Assembly (NCBI GenBank): GCA_043228905.1
Contig: JBHGNT010000014.1
Coordinates: forward strand, 4,898,001 to 4,962,000
Reading direction: 5' to 3'
DNA from: Azolla caroliniana
Lineage: Eukaryota; Plantae; Polypodiophyta
DNA: 64,000 nucleotides
A program made the position numbers and the translations under genes. Positions 1-12,600 of the stretch are shown one piece after another (positions within the stretch are counted from its first letter, which is position 1; the number at the start of each line of letters is the position of its first letter). A model generated the notes under the pieces. That model saw nothing but the letters and a program-made list of their open reading frames with translations. It searched no databases and had not been told where the DNA came from.

Positions 1-928
1 ATATAAGATTCACACACTTTGTTGGATCAACGAGTGATATAGACGTTTGCTCTTGTTGGCTTTATTTATGTGTCAATGTGTGATGTGGATTAATGGTGTG
101 GAACAATCATTATTATTCCAAGTATTAGCCCATAAGCTTGAAAAAGAGGTGTGTATTATGGGCTCGTGCTTAGAATGTGAGAATGATGTTTCCATTTATG
201 ATTGTTAATTATGAGATTGACTTGCATCATTATGTCATGCATCACATGAATATTCATTAGTTTAGGATGTTGTGAGTTGTGTCTACTATAACAAAGGGGA
301 TATGAGTATGATCTTGAGAAAATTACATATGTTTGCAGATGCAAGATTTATGTGAGGATTTTGTGGATCATGACAACGTGCATAGCCAAAGGTTTGTGAT
401 GGTGTGTAGCCTTTTAGAAAATGGACACTTGCATGTTGCCATGAGTGTGTCATCATTTTAGAGGCTTACCCTTATATTGATGGATAGAGTTTCTCTCGTA
501 TTCATATGATCACTACGGTTAGCATACTTGGTGAAAGTACATGGGTGTGTATTTGAGCACGAATTGAATAAATGATGTTAAGATCTACACACCATGAATT
601 GATCAATGGTATTGTTACGACTCACTAGAATAATTGTTATCGTAGTTATTCTCTAACCTTAGGCTTAGGTGTTTCATGCCTTATGTTTTTTTTAGTGGGC
701 ACCATTAAGTAATTGAGTACTTTTTAATTCATTACAAAATGAATTGCTCATTTCTACTCACTTGTCGCATTGGCATCGAAAATTGAAGGTAATGTCTCCA
801 CTCAATCGTTTTATGTGGTCGATAATAAATCTTAAAGGTTGTTGGAGTTTGAAGATGCTAAAAAATTGGTATTTACTACCCCAAATTATGGATTTTGTAA
901 AGAATCAAGTGTATGATTCTGTGCAACG

Positions 929-1315
929 TGTCAAAGATTGCTTGCGGAAGCGTTAGAAAGAACAATACACAGAGAGAGAGAGAGAGTACGTGGGAGAGAC
1001 AGAGAGAGACAGAGAGAGCAAGACACACTATTTTTCAAAATTATATGAATACTCTGTGCTCTGTATCTACAACGCGCTCATCAGCACTATTTATACAAGT
1101 CCACACGGGACTGTTAGAAGTACGGTGTACTTCAATGCTCACACGAGCATCTGACACTAACTACGAGACTATAACTGCCTAGCCTATACTAGGCTTCCGG
1201 TTACGGATTGGATTTGGCATACCGGCTCCCCAACTCACTGGCATACCGATTCATCTCGCTTACCGGCTCATGCTTATTTAGTCGATCCGGCTCCGGTTGA
1301 GCTTGCCGCTCAACA
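929..1315 (-). repeat. 3' LTR of copia A
   Basis: Near-identical to 6430-6859 apart from ~40 bp of indels. TG..CA ends and a GA microsatellite. Confidence 0.93.
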
Positions 1316-1330
1316 CTCCCCCTCAAGCTC
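1316..1330 (-). promoter_or_regulatory. Polypurine tract of A
   Basis: Minus strand GAGCTTGAGGGGGAG abuts the 3' LTR. Confidence 0.9.
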
Positions 1331-1411
1331 AACCTGAGGTAGGGTCGTAGTGTCAACCTCTGTTGCAACCGGTTCTTCCAACCGACTTCTCCTGGCGTCG
1401 CTTCGCCTTGC

Positions 1412-4400
1412 TCACGCTCCTTGTCCGGTCCGGTCCCGTTTGCCCCGACCCCTTTGGTTCTGCGCGCCTCGACCTTCGGCATGTCTGCTCAATAGGCCCA
1501 TCTCAGCTCCTTCGCTGCTATGACTCCGGCGCTTGCCGATCCGTCGGTTCCACCGCGATGGCATCGACTTCCGCTGCGTCCATGTCTCCTTGGCCTCTCG
1601 TTGATCTGACTCATCCGGATCCATCTGTTGATCCGAATCGACTATCTCCGACTCGTTCCAGCTCTTGTCTGAATCGGTATCCTCCGATTCGATTTTCGGC
1701 TTCAGCCCTCTCACCACATCGAACCACGTCCGGATCTTGGCCTTCTCCGTGCTTCCCTTGGCTTCTTCAGCCGGTTCACCGAAGTCGAATTCTTCATTCG
1801 ACTCCGCATCATGGCCATTACGATCGTGATGACCTCCGCATAGCATGCACTTCTCTTCCTGAGTGTACACTTCTTCTTCACAACCGCTTACTCCGACTTG
1901 TTCAGATGTGCCAACTTCCTTCGTCGACTCAGCTTCATTTTTCTTCTTGTCTCCACCTCTATCGGTTCTTCTCTTACCTACGGGTTCAACAATTTTTTTG
2001 CCTTTGCCCGTTTCGGTAGTGTCTTTGCCCTTGCGTCTCCCCCTCAAGTGCGGCACGTCGAGATGCTGAACACCAAGCATTTCGGTAAAGTGTTGCAACT
2101 TGTCTGACCCGAGCGGCTTGGTGAAGATGTCGGCAACTTGCCGATCCGTGTGAACATATCGTAGTTCAACTTCACCGCTCAGGACCCGCTCATGCACGAA
2201 GTGATAATGCACTTCTATGTGCTTTGTGCGAGCATGGAACACAAGGTTCTTGGCGAGTTGCATGCTGCTGAGGTTATCGCAGTAGATCAGGATCAGGGTC
2301 GACGCCTCGATCCGCAGGTCTTGCAGTAATCGCCAAAGCCAAATGGCTTCGCAGGTGGCAACGGTTGTGCCCCGGTATTCAGCCTCAATGCTGGATAGAG
2401 CCATTGTTGGCTGCTTTTTGCTGCTCCACGCAACAGTCGCGCTCCCAAGAAACATAAAGCCGGAAGTTGAGTGACGATCAGTTGCATTGCCAGCCCAGTC
2501 GGCATCCGTGTAGCCAACAAGCTCTTCGGTTATACCTTGCCGGTATAAGAGCCCCCGATCCTTAGTGCTGCTTACATACCTCAGTATCCGTTGCACGCAT
2601 TGAAGGTGCTCCACGGTCGGCTTCTGCATGAATTGGCTTACCACTCCGACCGGATAGCTAATGTCGGGTCGAGTGATGGTCAAGTAGATCAGGCTTCCGA
2701 CTATTTGTCGGAATCGTTTCTCATCGCAGGCTAGTCCGGAGTTGGGACGAATCTTCTGATTCTGGTCCAGGGGTGTGGAGACAAGTCGGCATTCCGTCAT
2801 GCCAAACTTGTACATTATATTCAACACATAATGGCGTTGAGAAAGCAATATACCGTCGGGGGTGCGGATCACCTCGATCCCCAAAAAATAATGAAGGTCC
2901 CCCAAGTCCTTCATATCGAATGCGTCCGACAACTAGGACTTGACGCGGTTGATTTTCGGAAGACCTGGGGCGGTGATGACTAAATCATCAACATAGAGTA
3001 AGATACATACCGGACTGTTTGAGCCTTGACGGATGAACAGGGAAGAGTCCGAATTAGAGGCAACAAACCCCATCTTTCGCAACCGGTGTGTGATCTTAGC
3101 ATTCCAAGCACGGGGGGCTTGCTTCAAGCCGTACAACGACTTCCTCAGCCGGCATACCGCCGACTTGTTCACCTCTGACTGAAATCTAGGGGGCTGAGTC
3201 ATAAAGACTTCTTCTTCAAGATCTCCTTGAAGGAAGGCATTCTTCACATCCATCTGATGAAGATGCCACCCCCTTGCCACAACAACCGCCAGTACCATAT
3301 GAACTGTTGTCATCTTCGCTACAGGAGCGAAGGTTTCGTCGTAGTCAATTCCGTGGGTCTGTGCATATCCCTTCGCCACTAACTGGGCCTTGTACCGGTT
3401 AACTGTACCATCGGCATTGTACTTTACCTTGTACACCCACTTACATCCGATCGGTTTATAGTGACGGGGAGGGTCAACCAGGTCCCAAGTTTCGTTGGCA
3501 TCCAATGCCCGCATTTCTTCCTCCATAGCGGCACGCCAATTTGCGTCCTTTGCCGCTTCTGCGTAGCTCTTCGGTTCACGCACTTCCGCGGCCTTGGTCA
3601 TGTACGCATAATGATGCGCCATGTACTCGTTATACCCGTACTGTTTAACGGGATCCTTCTGGCGGGTGGACTAGCGTAACTCACCGTTACCCGGTATGAG
3701 ACCCTTCTTGGCCGGTTCGGTCTTCGTTCCCGAAGATCTGCCTATGTCCTTGCCGAAGTAAGATACGCACTGATCCGACTCATCATTGCCGGTCTCGAAT
3801 TTCGGCATCTTCTTCTTCCCTTTCTCTTTGCGTGTGAACTGTCTCCTCGGTTCCTTGCGCGGGGAGAGCACGACAGAGTCTCCACTACTCATCGTCTCAT
3901 CATCCGACTGGTTGGACTGATCCAGTCTCTCATTCGGTTCGCTTAACCGGAATGATTCCGGACTCTCATCTTGAATCCCGACTTCATCTTTCTCTACTTG
4001 GGCCGGTTCAGGCTCACTAGCCCCATCCTCTGACATCGGGTCGGGATCGGAAGTCAGAGTTGGTAAGGAATACCACGATGTCGATTCATCAAACTCGACA
4101 TCTTGGCTGACTCGGACTTGCTTCGTCCGGGGGTTATAACACTTATACCCCTTTTGCTCTTGAGCATAGCCGACTAGTATGCATTTTTCCGATTTTGCAT
4201 CCAGCTTTCTCCGCTTCTCATCCGGCACATGTACATAGACTATGCTGCCGAATATCCGGATGTGTCTCAAATTCAGCTTGCGCCCGAAATACATCTCGTG
4301 AGCTGACACCTTGTCCCCGATCCGGTTCTGGATGTAAACGGTTGTTTGGACCGCCTCCGCCCAGTAGAACTTGGGCATGCTCTTTTCCTCCAGCATTGCC

Positions 4401-6334
4401 CTAGCCGCGTCAATTAGCGACCGATTCTTCCTTTCGGCCACACCTTCTGTTGCGGTGTGTATCTGCAGTTGAATTCTCGCCGAATTCCTTTTTGTTGCAG
4501 ATAGCTGTTGAATTGGCTGGAAAAGTACTCTTTTCCGCCATCCGACCGTAGGCATTTGATCTTCCTCTCTGATTCCCGTTCCACCATCTTTTGGAGGCTC
4601 CAGAAACACTCGAAGACTTCGCTCTTCCGCTCAATGAGGTAGATCCACGTATGCCGTGTGTAGTCGTTGATGAAGGAGACGAAATATCGACTCCCGCCAA
4701 TGCTAACATTTTGTGCCGGTCCCCACACATCCGAATGGATAAGATCGAGCTTGTTACGGTTTCGATTTCTTTCGGTGGGGAATGGAAGCCGGTGTTGCTT
4801 CCCGAGTTGGCAGGCTTCACAAATCTGGGCTCTCCGGCCACTAAACTTCGGCAAACCGAAAACGACTTGTTCCGTTTGCAGGTTTTGAAGCCTCCGGTAG
4901 TTGACGTGGCCGATCCGCTTGTGCCACAGGTCGATATCTGACTCGACCTTCTATCCTTTGGCGAACAGTGTGGTGCCGACATCATTGGTGTTGAGGATAA
5001 ACATCCTCCCATCTCTACGCCCTTGCGCAATAACTTCGCCCTCATCCTCAATGAAGCACCTGAGGTGCGTAAACCGCACCTGAATCCCCCGGTCGACGAT
5101 CTGTCCGACCGACACCAAGTTCTTCATGATCGTCAAAACCTGTAATACATTCATAAGCTTTCCCCTCTGTCCGACGTGGCTCAAAGGGACTTCTCCGACG
5201 TGCACGATCAGGTGGGGAGTGTTGTCTCCGGTTTCGACAACTCCCGGTTGATCCGGCTTCTCCAAAAAGGAGAACCACTCACCGTGGCTCGTCATGTGGT
5301 TTGATGCGCCGGAGTCAACGTACCACACTTCCTCCGATTTGGAAGTGGTCTTCTTCATTGAGTTTGCCTTGTGCTTCATCACCAAGGCTAGCCCCTTACC
5401 GTTCTTGGATCCTCCCGATCCGTTTGCGTAGTGCGAGCTTTGTCGGCCTTCCTTACCGGTCTTGCCGGATCCGGATTTGTCCGAATCGGCATGCTTTCTC
5501 CAGCACTCACTTTCCCTATGGCCCTTTTTGCCACAGTACCAGCATTCTGTAGCGGATTTGTCTTGCCGGCCTCCGGCACCACCTTGACTCCCTCTGCTTG
5601 TGGAAGTCTCGGAACTGCTGTCGGCACACTCACTGTGCCTTTGTTCCTGCTCTTGCCGGCCGCCTCCATTGCGTGCCGACCTGCCTCGTCCACCACGCCC
5701 GCAGGATCGATCCGCTCCCGTGTACAACATCCGGCTATCTGGGGATGCACTGGTAGATGCACTGGCGTGGTTCTCCTCTACAAGGAGCATTGACTGTAAG
5801 TCAAATGAGGGTGTATTCTCCCTCCCTTGTACAAACCGCAGCCCGCAAAGCTCCGAACTTGGACGCCAGGCCTCCAAGACAGACCTGCACCATCTCGTCT
5901 TCCTCTATGGTGATGTTAATAGAGGCAAGCGAGTCACAGATCCCTTTGATCCGGGCTGTGTAATCTACCACCGACATGTTCTTCTGTCGAACATTGCTCA
6001 ACTCCTGTCTGAGTTGCAGCTTCCGGGCAGTGGTGCTTGCGGCGAAGACCTTTTTCAAGTTTCCCCAAGCATCCTTCGGTGTCTTGGCGTCACGGATATG
6101 GCTGAGCAACTGGTCACCGACACTGGACGCGAAGCAGTACATCACCCTGCTTGTCGCTTGTTCCCACACTGGGAAGTCCTTGTGTGTCGTCTCCGGTGCT
6201 AAGTCGTTCACTCCGTCGACATAACTCCAGTAGCCATGCCCAAGCAGGTACTGGTGCATCTTGTATGACCAAGATGCGTAGTTGGTTCTGTCGAGCTTCT
6301 CCACCGGGAGTGACGTAGCCATACCTTTGTCCAT
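1412..6334 (-). pseudogene. Copia gag-pol of A (frameshifts and stops)
   Basis: Gag EKLDRTNYASWSYKM, zinc knuckle CWYCGKKGHRESEC, protease WYVDSGASNH, integrase LIHSDVWGPA, RT LHQMDVKNAFL..LLYVDDL, RNase H GYTDADWAG..HARTKHIEVHYH, split across ORFs 5801-6400, 4951-5877, 4414-4854, 3671-4609, 2933-3622 and 1412-2932. Confidence 0.95.
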
Positions 6335-6415
6335 TTCTCCTTTTGTGTCTGTTTTCCGATCTGTTAGGGTTTCCTTCACAAGCGTAGATGTCTGCAGCAA
6401 AGGTTCTCAACCCAT

Positions 6416-6429
6416 GCGCTCTTATACCA
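6416..6429 (-). promoter_or_regulatory. PBS of A (tRNA-iMet type)
   Basis: Minus strand TGGTATAAGAGCGC directly after the 5' LTR; one mismatch to TGGTATCAGAGC. Confidence 0.85.
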
Positions 6430-6464
6430 TGTCAAAGATTGCTTGCGGAAGTGTTAGAAAGAAC

Positions 6465-6500
<36 letters not shown>

Positions 6501-6859
6501 GCGAGAGAGAGAGAGAGAGAGCAAGACACACTATTTTTCAAAATTATATGAATACTATGTGCTCTGTATCTACAACGTGCTCATCAACGCTATTTATACA
6601 AGTCCACACGAGACTGTTAGAAGTACGGTGTACTTCAATGCTCACACGAGCATCTGACACTAACTACGAGACTATAACTGCCTAGTAGTCTAACCTATAC
6701 TAGGCTTCCGATTACGGATTGGATCCGGCATACCGGCTCCCCAGCTCACCGGTCCTTACTGCTTACCGGCTTGATTGCTCACCGACATACCGATTCATCT
6801 CGCTTACTGGCTCAAGCTTATTCAACCGATCTGGCTCCGGTTGAGCTTGCCGCTCAACA
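6430..6859 (-). repeat. 5' LTR of copia A
   Basis: Pairs with 929-1315. Confidence 0.93.
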
Positions 6860-7756
6860 CAGTGGAATGAAGATGTCTGTGTATGTATGAGAGAGAGAGA
6901 GAGAGAGAGAGAGTCGACACAAGACAGAAAAACAAGAAATTGTATTCACATGAAAATAAATGACCAACAATTACAAAGGAGAGGACAAGGTACTTATTTG
7001 GTCACCTTCTCTCTACGTTCTCTTATTACCTCTTAGGAAAGAGCTGGGGACTTAACTACCTACCTATTATGTGTCATAGATATTTAAGTTCTATGATACA
7101 AAGTGGTGGGATGTTCACACACTTGGCTATTCCTAAGGTGTGTTCCCACACTAGGAAAGTTGAGTTTGATTCTCAACACGCCCCTTAAAAAACAACTTTT
7201 GGTCGCCGGATAGTTGGCTTGATCTTGATTGTTGCTTGGGTTCGTGCCTAGTTTTGAGAGCAAGCTCACTTTGCTATTCGGCTCCATCCAACTCCATATT
7301 GGGCGGCACACTCCCCCTCAAGCTCAGGTGGTCGGCAGTTGAGATACCTAGGTTCGTCTTGGATTGGCGTAGCTTGTCGGGTCTCAAGGCCTTCGTGAAG
7401 ATGTCAGCCATCTGAAGGCTCGTGTTGATATGTTACAAGTTGACATCTCTAGGTAGAACACATTCTCTGATGATATGATAGTGCACCTCAATGTTCTTAG
7501 TTTGTGCGTGGAAAAGTGGGTTTTGAGCCAGATGAATATTGCTCATGTTGTCACGATATAGGAGGATTGGATCCTTGATGGAGACGCCTTGATCCATCAG
7601 AATCCTCTTAAGCCATATGGTGTCACAGACAAGTATAATAGAGCAGAGTGAAGACAAGCCTAGAAAACAAGAGAGAGGAAAAGAACAAAAACTTAACTTA
7701 TAGAATCCGTAAATGGTGTTGTTCACCTTGATTAGAATCAATGTGCACTTGAGTAT

Positions 7757-8155
7757 TGTTGAGAATCAAGCTCAACTTGGTCTAGTGTGTGAACTCACCT
7801 TGAGAGTGAATAGACACTTCAACGGTCAAGAGTCACCATTAAGTCACCTCTTTGTATTCTAGCATTTAGTATGAGTCATAGAATCATATTCTATGACACA
7901 TAACTTATGAGCTTTCACATTCCCCATGCTCCATGAGCCTTGTAGTTAATGAAGAGAGAGGGTGACTACATAAAGCACCCTCCTCCCACCTTGTATAGTG
8001 TTGAGTCTTTCTCCTTTGTCAATATACTTTTACCTTGCGTATTCTCTGTGTTTCACTCTATCTCTCTCTCTCTCTCACTCTCTCTCTCTCTCTTACACAC
8101 ACACATAACTCACATCTCTTCCACTTCACAAGAATCCATCTCTTGATTCTTTACA
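7757..8155 (+). repeat. 5' LTR of copia C
   Basis: TGTTGAGAATC..TTTACA; near-identical to 25342-25748. Confidence 0.95.
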
Positions 8156-8314
8156 GGGTATTAGAGCGATTTGGTAGCTCAATCTAGCCCATTCGCCTCA
8201 TCGTGATCGTGTGTTGTGCTCCACGCCGACGACCAAGAACCGGCTCATCGCTATCATAGCTTCGCTACATAGCACGCATTCGAAGAGAGAAGAAGAAGAC
8301 GAAGAACCGACATA

Positions 8315-9164
8315 ATGAATACTCAAATGGGGAGCGCTCTCCCTACCGAGAAGTTGGATCGAAACAACTTCGCATCTTGGGAGTACAAGATGCACCAATA
8401 CCTTGTCGGACAAGGCTATTGGAGCTACATCAAAGGAACACATGGAGACCAACCCGCCGAAGCGGCTCTCGGATACGCGACATGGGAGCAAGCCGCAAGC
8501 CGCGTGATGTATTGTTTGGCGACATGTGTTCACGACCACATGCTCGGTTACATTCGAGAAGCCAAGACGCCGAAGGAAGCGTGGGAAAATCTACGAAAGA
8601 TTTTCGCCGCCAACACGACCGCGAGGAAGCTTGAACTCCGCCAAGAGTTGAACAACATTCAACAAAGGGACATGTCCATCACGACATACACCTCAAAGAT
8701 GAAGGAGCTTTGCGATTCGCCCGGCTCAATAAGCGTAAATATCGATGATGAGGAGATGGTTCAAATATGCCTCGGCGGCCTCGCACCACGGTTCGGCGCG
8801 ATGCGAACCACCGTTCTAGCACGGGAGAAATCTCCCTCCTTCTTCGAGCTCCAATCAATGCTATTGGTCGAAGAAAACCACGTGCGTACAATGAGCAATG
8901 AGTCGGAAGGCCACATGCTCTACACGCAATCGAACGGAGGAAGAGGACGTGGACAAGCGAGAGGCCGATTTGGCCAAGGACAAGGCGGACGAGGTCCGAC
9001 CTACGACAACAACTCCCAATTTCGGCCACAAAATGGAAGCCAATGAGGAACCTTCGCAAGAAGGGGGAGCTTCCACTTTGGCCCGAGCCGTCAAAACGCA
9101 ACTGAATGCGGATATTGCGGAAAGCTCGGCCACCACGAAGAAGAGTGCCGAAAGAAGATGCGTG
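8315..9164 (+). pseudogene. Copia C gag, interrupted just after the zinc knuckle by D+E
   Basis: EKLDRNNFASWEYKMHQYL, homologous to the gag of A. CGYCGKLGHHEEEC follows a frameshift. Confidence 0.9.
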
Positions 9165-9554
9165 TGTTGGCCGGTCAGAAGAGCAAGGACAAGTGGGAAG
9201 GCGGAATCGGATCGGATAATAGGAAGTAAATAATAGTAGAATTATTATTCGGAGGGACGGATTCGGTACAGTTGTACCGATCCGGATCCGAACCGATTCG
9301 GATGTCGGTTGCCTAAGCGCACCGATTGTAACCTTGCCGGATGCCTATAAAAGGATCCGATGATTTGTAAAGTGTTTTGACGGTAGTAATACAATAGTAT
9401 TTAATGCGTATTTATCTGTATCTCGTATTGTTTACCGTCTGTGCTTAATTGTAATCATCTTATGCGTGTAACCTAGCATCCAATCCTTACCACCCCTTTG
9501 GAGAAGTGTCGGATAGACACCTGTGTTGAGGCTAGTCCGGCCAGACAGACAACA
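9165..9554 (+). repeat. 5' LTR of D
   Basis: TGTTGG..CAACA with TATA CCTATAAAAGG; no differences seen versus 18389-18778. Confidence 0.95.
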
Positions 9555-9560
9555 CTATTT

Positions 9561-9570
9561 TGGCGACCAC
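9561..9570 (+). promoter_or_regulatory. PBS of D (tRNA-Arg, UCG-type 3' end)
   Basis: TGGCGACCAC 6 nt after the LTR; the same PBS occurs in E (19058) and E2 (39142). Confidence 0.8.
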
Positions 9571-9606
9571 GATTCCTGCAAAGTGCAGAGGACAACCGGG
9601 GGATGG

Positions 9607-12600
9607 ATGTCTAGACCAAACGACGACCACATCACCGAACGAGGGAGACGATACACCGAACGCGAGCAACGACGGGAAGCCCTGTAGCAAGCCGTCGACG
9701 AGATCCGGCGGGATCGGTCATTCTCCAAAACTCTTCGGAGAGTCGCAGAAGAAGCACTGCAGTTCCGGGTTCTGCAAATCCCCGACGAAGGCAGTAGCAT
9801 AACAAGCCTGCAAGAGGCGGAAACGATACTGCAGACGCTCGCCGCGGGCGACTGGGACTCGGAAGCATTCGCAACACTTGAGGCGGAGTCGGAAAGCGAC
9901 GGAAGCGTTGCATCCCGGTATAAAAGCAGCCACGACACACCAAACGACCGGGAGGACGAGGGGTCGGAAGACTCAGTAACACCGGCGCCAGAGGAAGAAA
10001 TAACCCTGGAATTCGGTGACCGGCAACCACCGAGGAAGGCTGACCGGATACCGACAACAACCGCGAGGGAACCGAAGGAGCGGATACCGACAACACCCGC
10101 GGAGGAACCAACGGACCGGACACCGGCAACAACCGCGGGGGAACCAAAGGTTCTCACACCAACGCCAACAGCAGACAGAGAGCGGAGGAAACAGGAGAGT
10201 CAGTTGGACGACACGATGCCGTACCCATACCCAAAGTACCGGTATGATGCCGACGCGGAGGCACACGTGTACGCATTCCTCCAAACATGGGAAGCCAACC
10301 ATATCTCCCAAAGACTGACGAAGCCCGAAGCCGAACGATCCAAAATCGCCGAATTCGGCATAACCTTAGAAGGACCGGCGGCCCAATGGCACGCAAAGCA
10401 CTTACCAGGCACCTTTGCCACATTCGATGCCTTGAAAGCCAGATTCCTCAGGTTTTTTCACAGACAATTTGAGCAAAGGGAATTGGTCGGGCAGTTCTAC
10501 ACCACTCGGTAGGAAGAGAACGAGACTATGCCACAATTCATCATTCGGTTCCAGACCCTGCACAGCCAACTGACAAGAGCACCACCCGAAGACGAAGCCA
10601 AAGCAGTCTTTCTGGCCGCACTGAAAGAGCCACTTCGAACAATGTGCGGAGTCCTTGATTTCCAAACCAGCACAATGGACCAAGTTATTGATCGGGTTTT
10701 AGAAATGGACAAGACTAGCCCCTTCTTGTCGATGGGGATGTTACACCGGGCACTCCCAAAGGAGGAAGACCTGAGGTTCCGACAGACCTTACAATGCACA
10801 ACATGCCTAAATTCGGGGCACTCAACAATGGACTGCACCCTGCGGACACAATGTGTGATCTGCAACTCTCGAGCCCATACAACGGACCGATGCAAATATA
10901 ACCTGTTAAATCGGCAGGCAGCACCGGTTCGACACATAGAACCGCGCAATCAGAACCCGGACGAGGATCGATTCCGGAGAGATGACCGCTACCAACGCGA
11001 ACGCGGTAACAGATACGCTGATAGAAGACGCGACAACTATGACCGAGAGGAGAGACGCAGAGATAGCTACCCCCGGGACCGGTACGACAGAGACGAATCC
11101 CCGGAAGACGACCGACGCAGAGAAGAGAGGCGATAAGGATACGCTGACACAAGACGCGACAACTATGACCGAGAGGAGAGACGCAAAGATAGCTACCCCC
11201 GGGACCGGTACGACCGAGACGAAGCCCCGGAATACGACCGACGCAGAGAAGAGAGGCGACAAGGGAACCGAAATTTCCGACGGAATCAGAAGCGTGGATT
11301 TTTCCGAAGAGAGGAACGTCGGGAGGCAGCAAGGAATGACAACCCGGTATCGGTACCGGATAATCGAAAAACCGAAGACGACCGCCGGAGCATACCCACC
11401 CTCCAAACCGGGGACAAAGCAGAAACGAGCAACAGTCACAAGGTGTACTGTTATTACTGCCGCAAGGAAGGCCACTATAGTAACCAATGCCCAAGCAAAA
11501 GCTATGACAAGCAGCCGGAAGTCAACATGGTTATAGCCGAAATAACAGAGGTACAGCAGGTCACAACCCGGTCAAAGGGAAAGACCGCCGAGTGGGAAGC
11601 CTAGGAGGCAATCAGAAAACAAGCGACACAATGGATCAAGGAGGCCAATGAACAGAATACGGCAGAAGTAAGAGACCAAAATATGCCAAAAGACGAAGAA
11701 ATCATACAGCCAGGAGAAAACCCGACGTGGCAAGCGCTACAGGACTGTCAAATCGTGCTGCCGTTAGCACGACTACTACAGTTAGTGCCACGATTTACGG
11801 CAGACCTACATGCATCCGTCAGCAAACCGAAGCCGACGCCAGCACCGGCATTCTTCTCCAACCCGGAGGAAGGACCAGCGGTGGTCGATACAAGTAGCCC
11901 GACGATCACGACAATCGTGAAAGGAAAGGAAATTGCTGGAACGATTATTGACGGAGGCTCCGGGGTAAATGTCATCAGCCAACAGACATGCAACGACCTG
12001 GGCATCCGGGAATGGGAACCATGCCCCTTCTGGTTACGCATGGCGGATACTAGCTCAGTCCGACCGACCGGGCTTATCCGGGACTTGGAAATAACGATCG
12101 GAGGCCACGTATTCTGGATATCGGCCGTGGTGCTGCAGCTGAATGTACAAGGTGCGTACCCCCTACTGCTAGGACGACCATGGCTGCGAACGACGCATAT
12201 CAAGCAGAACTGGCAAAAGAACATGATCACATTCCGGCAAGGGAAAACAAAGGTACGAGTAACGACGCAACCACGGGTGATCACCAGTAAGGAAGCAACT
12301 CCATTGTATGCGGAAAGCATTAACATGTTGGAGGGATTACCGGACGAGGAAGTCGAGCGGTACCTCGAGGAACACCCACAAATCGTCCCACTATTTGAGG
12401 TGGATATCACGGAGGCAGTAGAACCGTACATTACGATGCCGGAAGAACCGGACCAAGCGGCGATCCGGGAACTGCGACAAGCGCAGGAATCCCTAGAGAG
12501 GGAAATGACGATATCCCAGAGGGTAAAAGCATCCCAACTCGAGGAGGTGGACCTCGGCACAGCAGACAAGCCCCGACCGGTAAATGTTGCAAAGGAATTG

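Larger units (their letters stand above)
929..6859 (-). mobile_element. Full-length Ty1/copia element A inserted in the LTR of B
   Basis: Direct repeats 929-1315 and 6430-6859 (TGTCAAAG..GCTCAACA), PBS and PPT present, gag-PR-INT-RT-RH order on the minus strand. Degenerate TSD caacg/cagtg. Confidence 0.95.
896..7620 (-). mobile_element. Ty1/copia element B, 3' remnant (3' LTR 896-928 + 6860-7178 split by element A; RNase H C-terminus ~7330-7620; cut by element X LTR at 7621)
   Basis: TGTAAAGAATCAAG at 896 and ...TTCTCAACA at 7178 match the reverse complement of the element C LTR ends. PPT-like cgcccctt at 7179. Minus-strand translation gives IWLKRILMDQG..NPLFHAQTKNIEVHYH (copia RNase H). Confidence 0.75.

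Noticed and set aside
1-895. Possible LTR end near 676 and short ORFs
   Set aside because: AT-rich, with no partner repeat, PBS or recognisable domain in the window.
1363-2019. Overlapping and antisense ORFs of 60-260 aa across the retroelement coding regions
   Set aside because: These are shadow frames of gag-pol or the extra ORFs and carry no independent motifs.
9259-9303. Palindromes in the D LTR (TCGGTACA-GT-TGTACCGA; ATCCGGAT)
   Set aside because: Real but seen in one family only; no function can be supported from this window.
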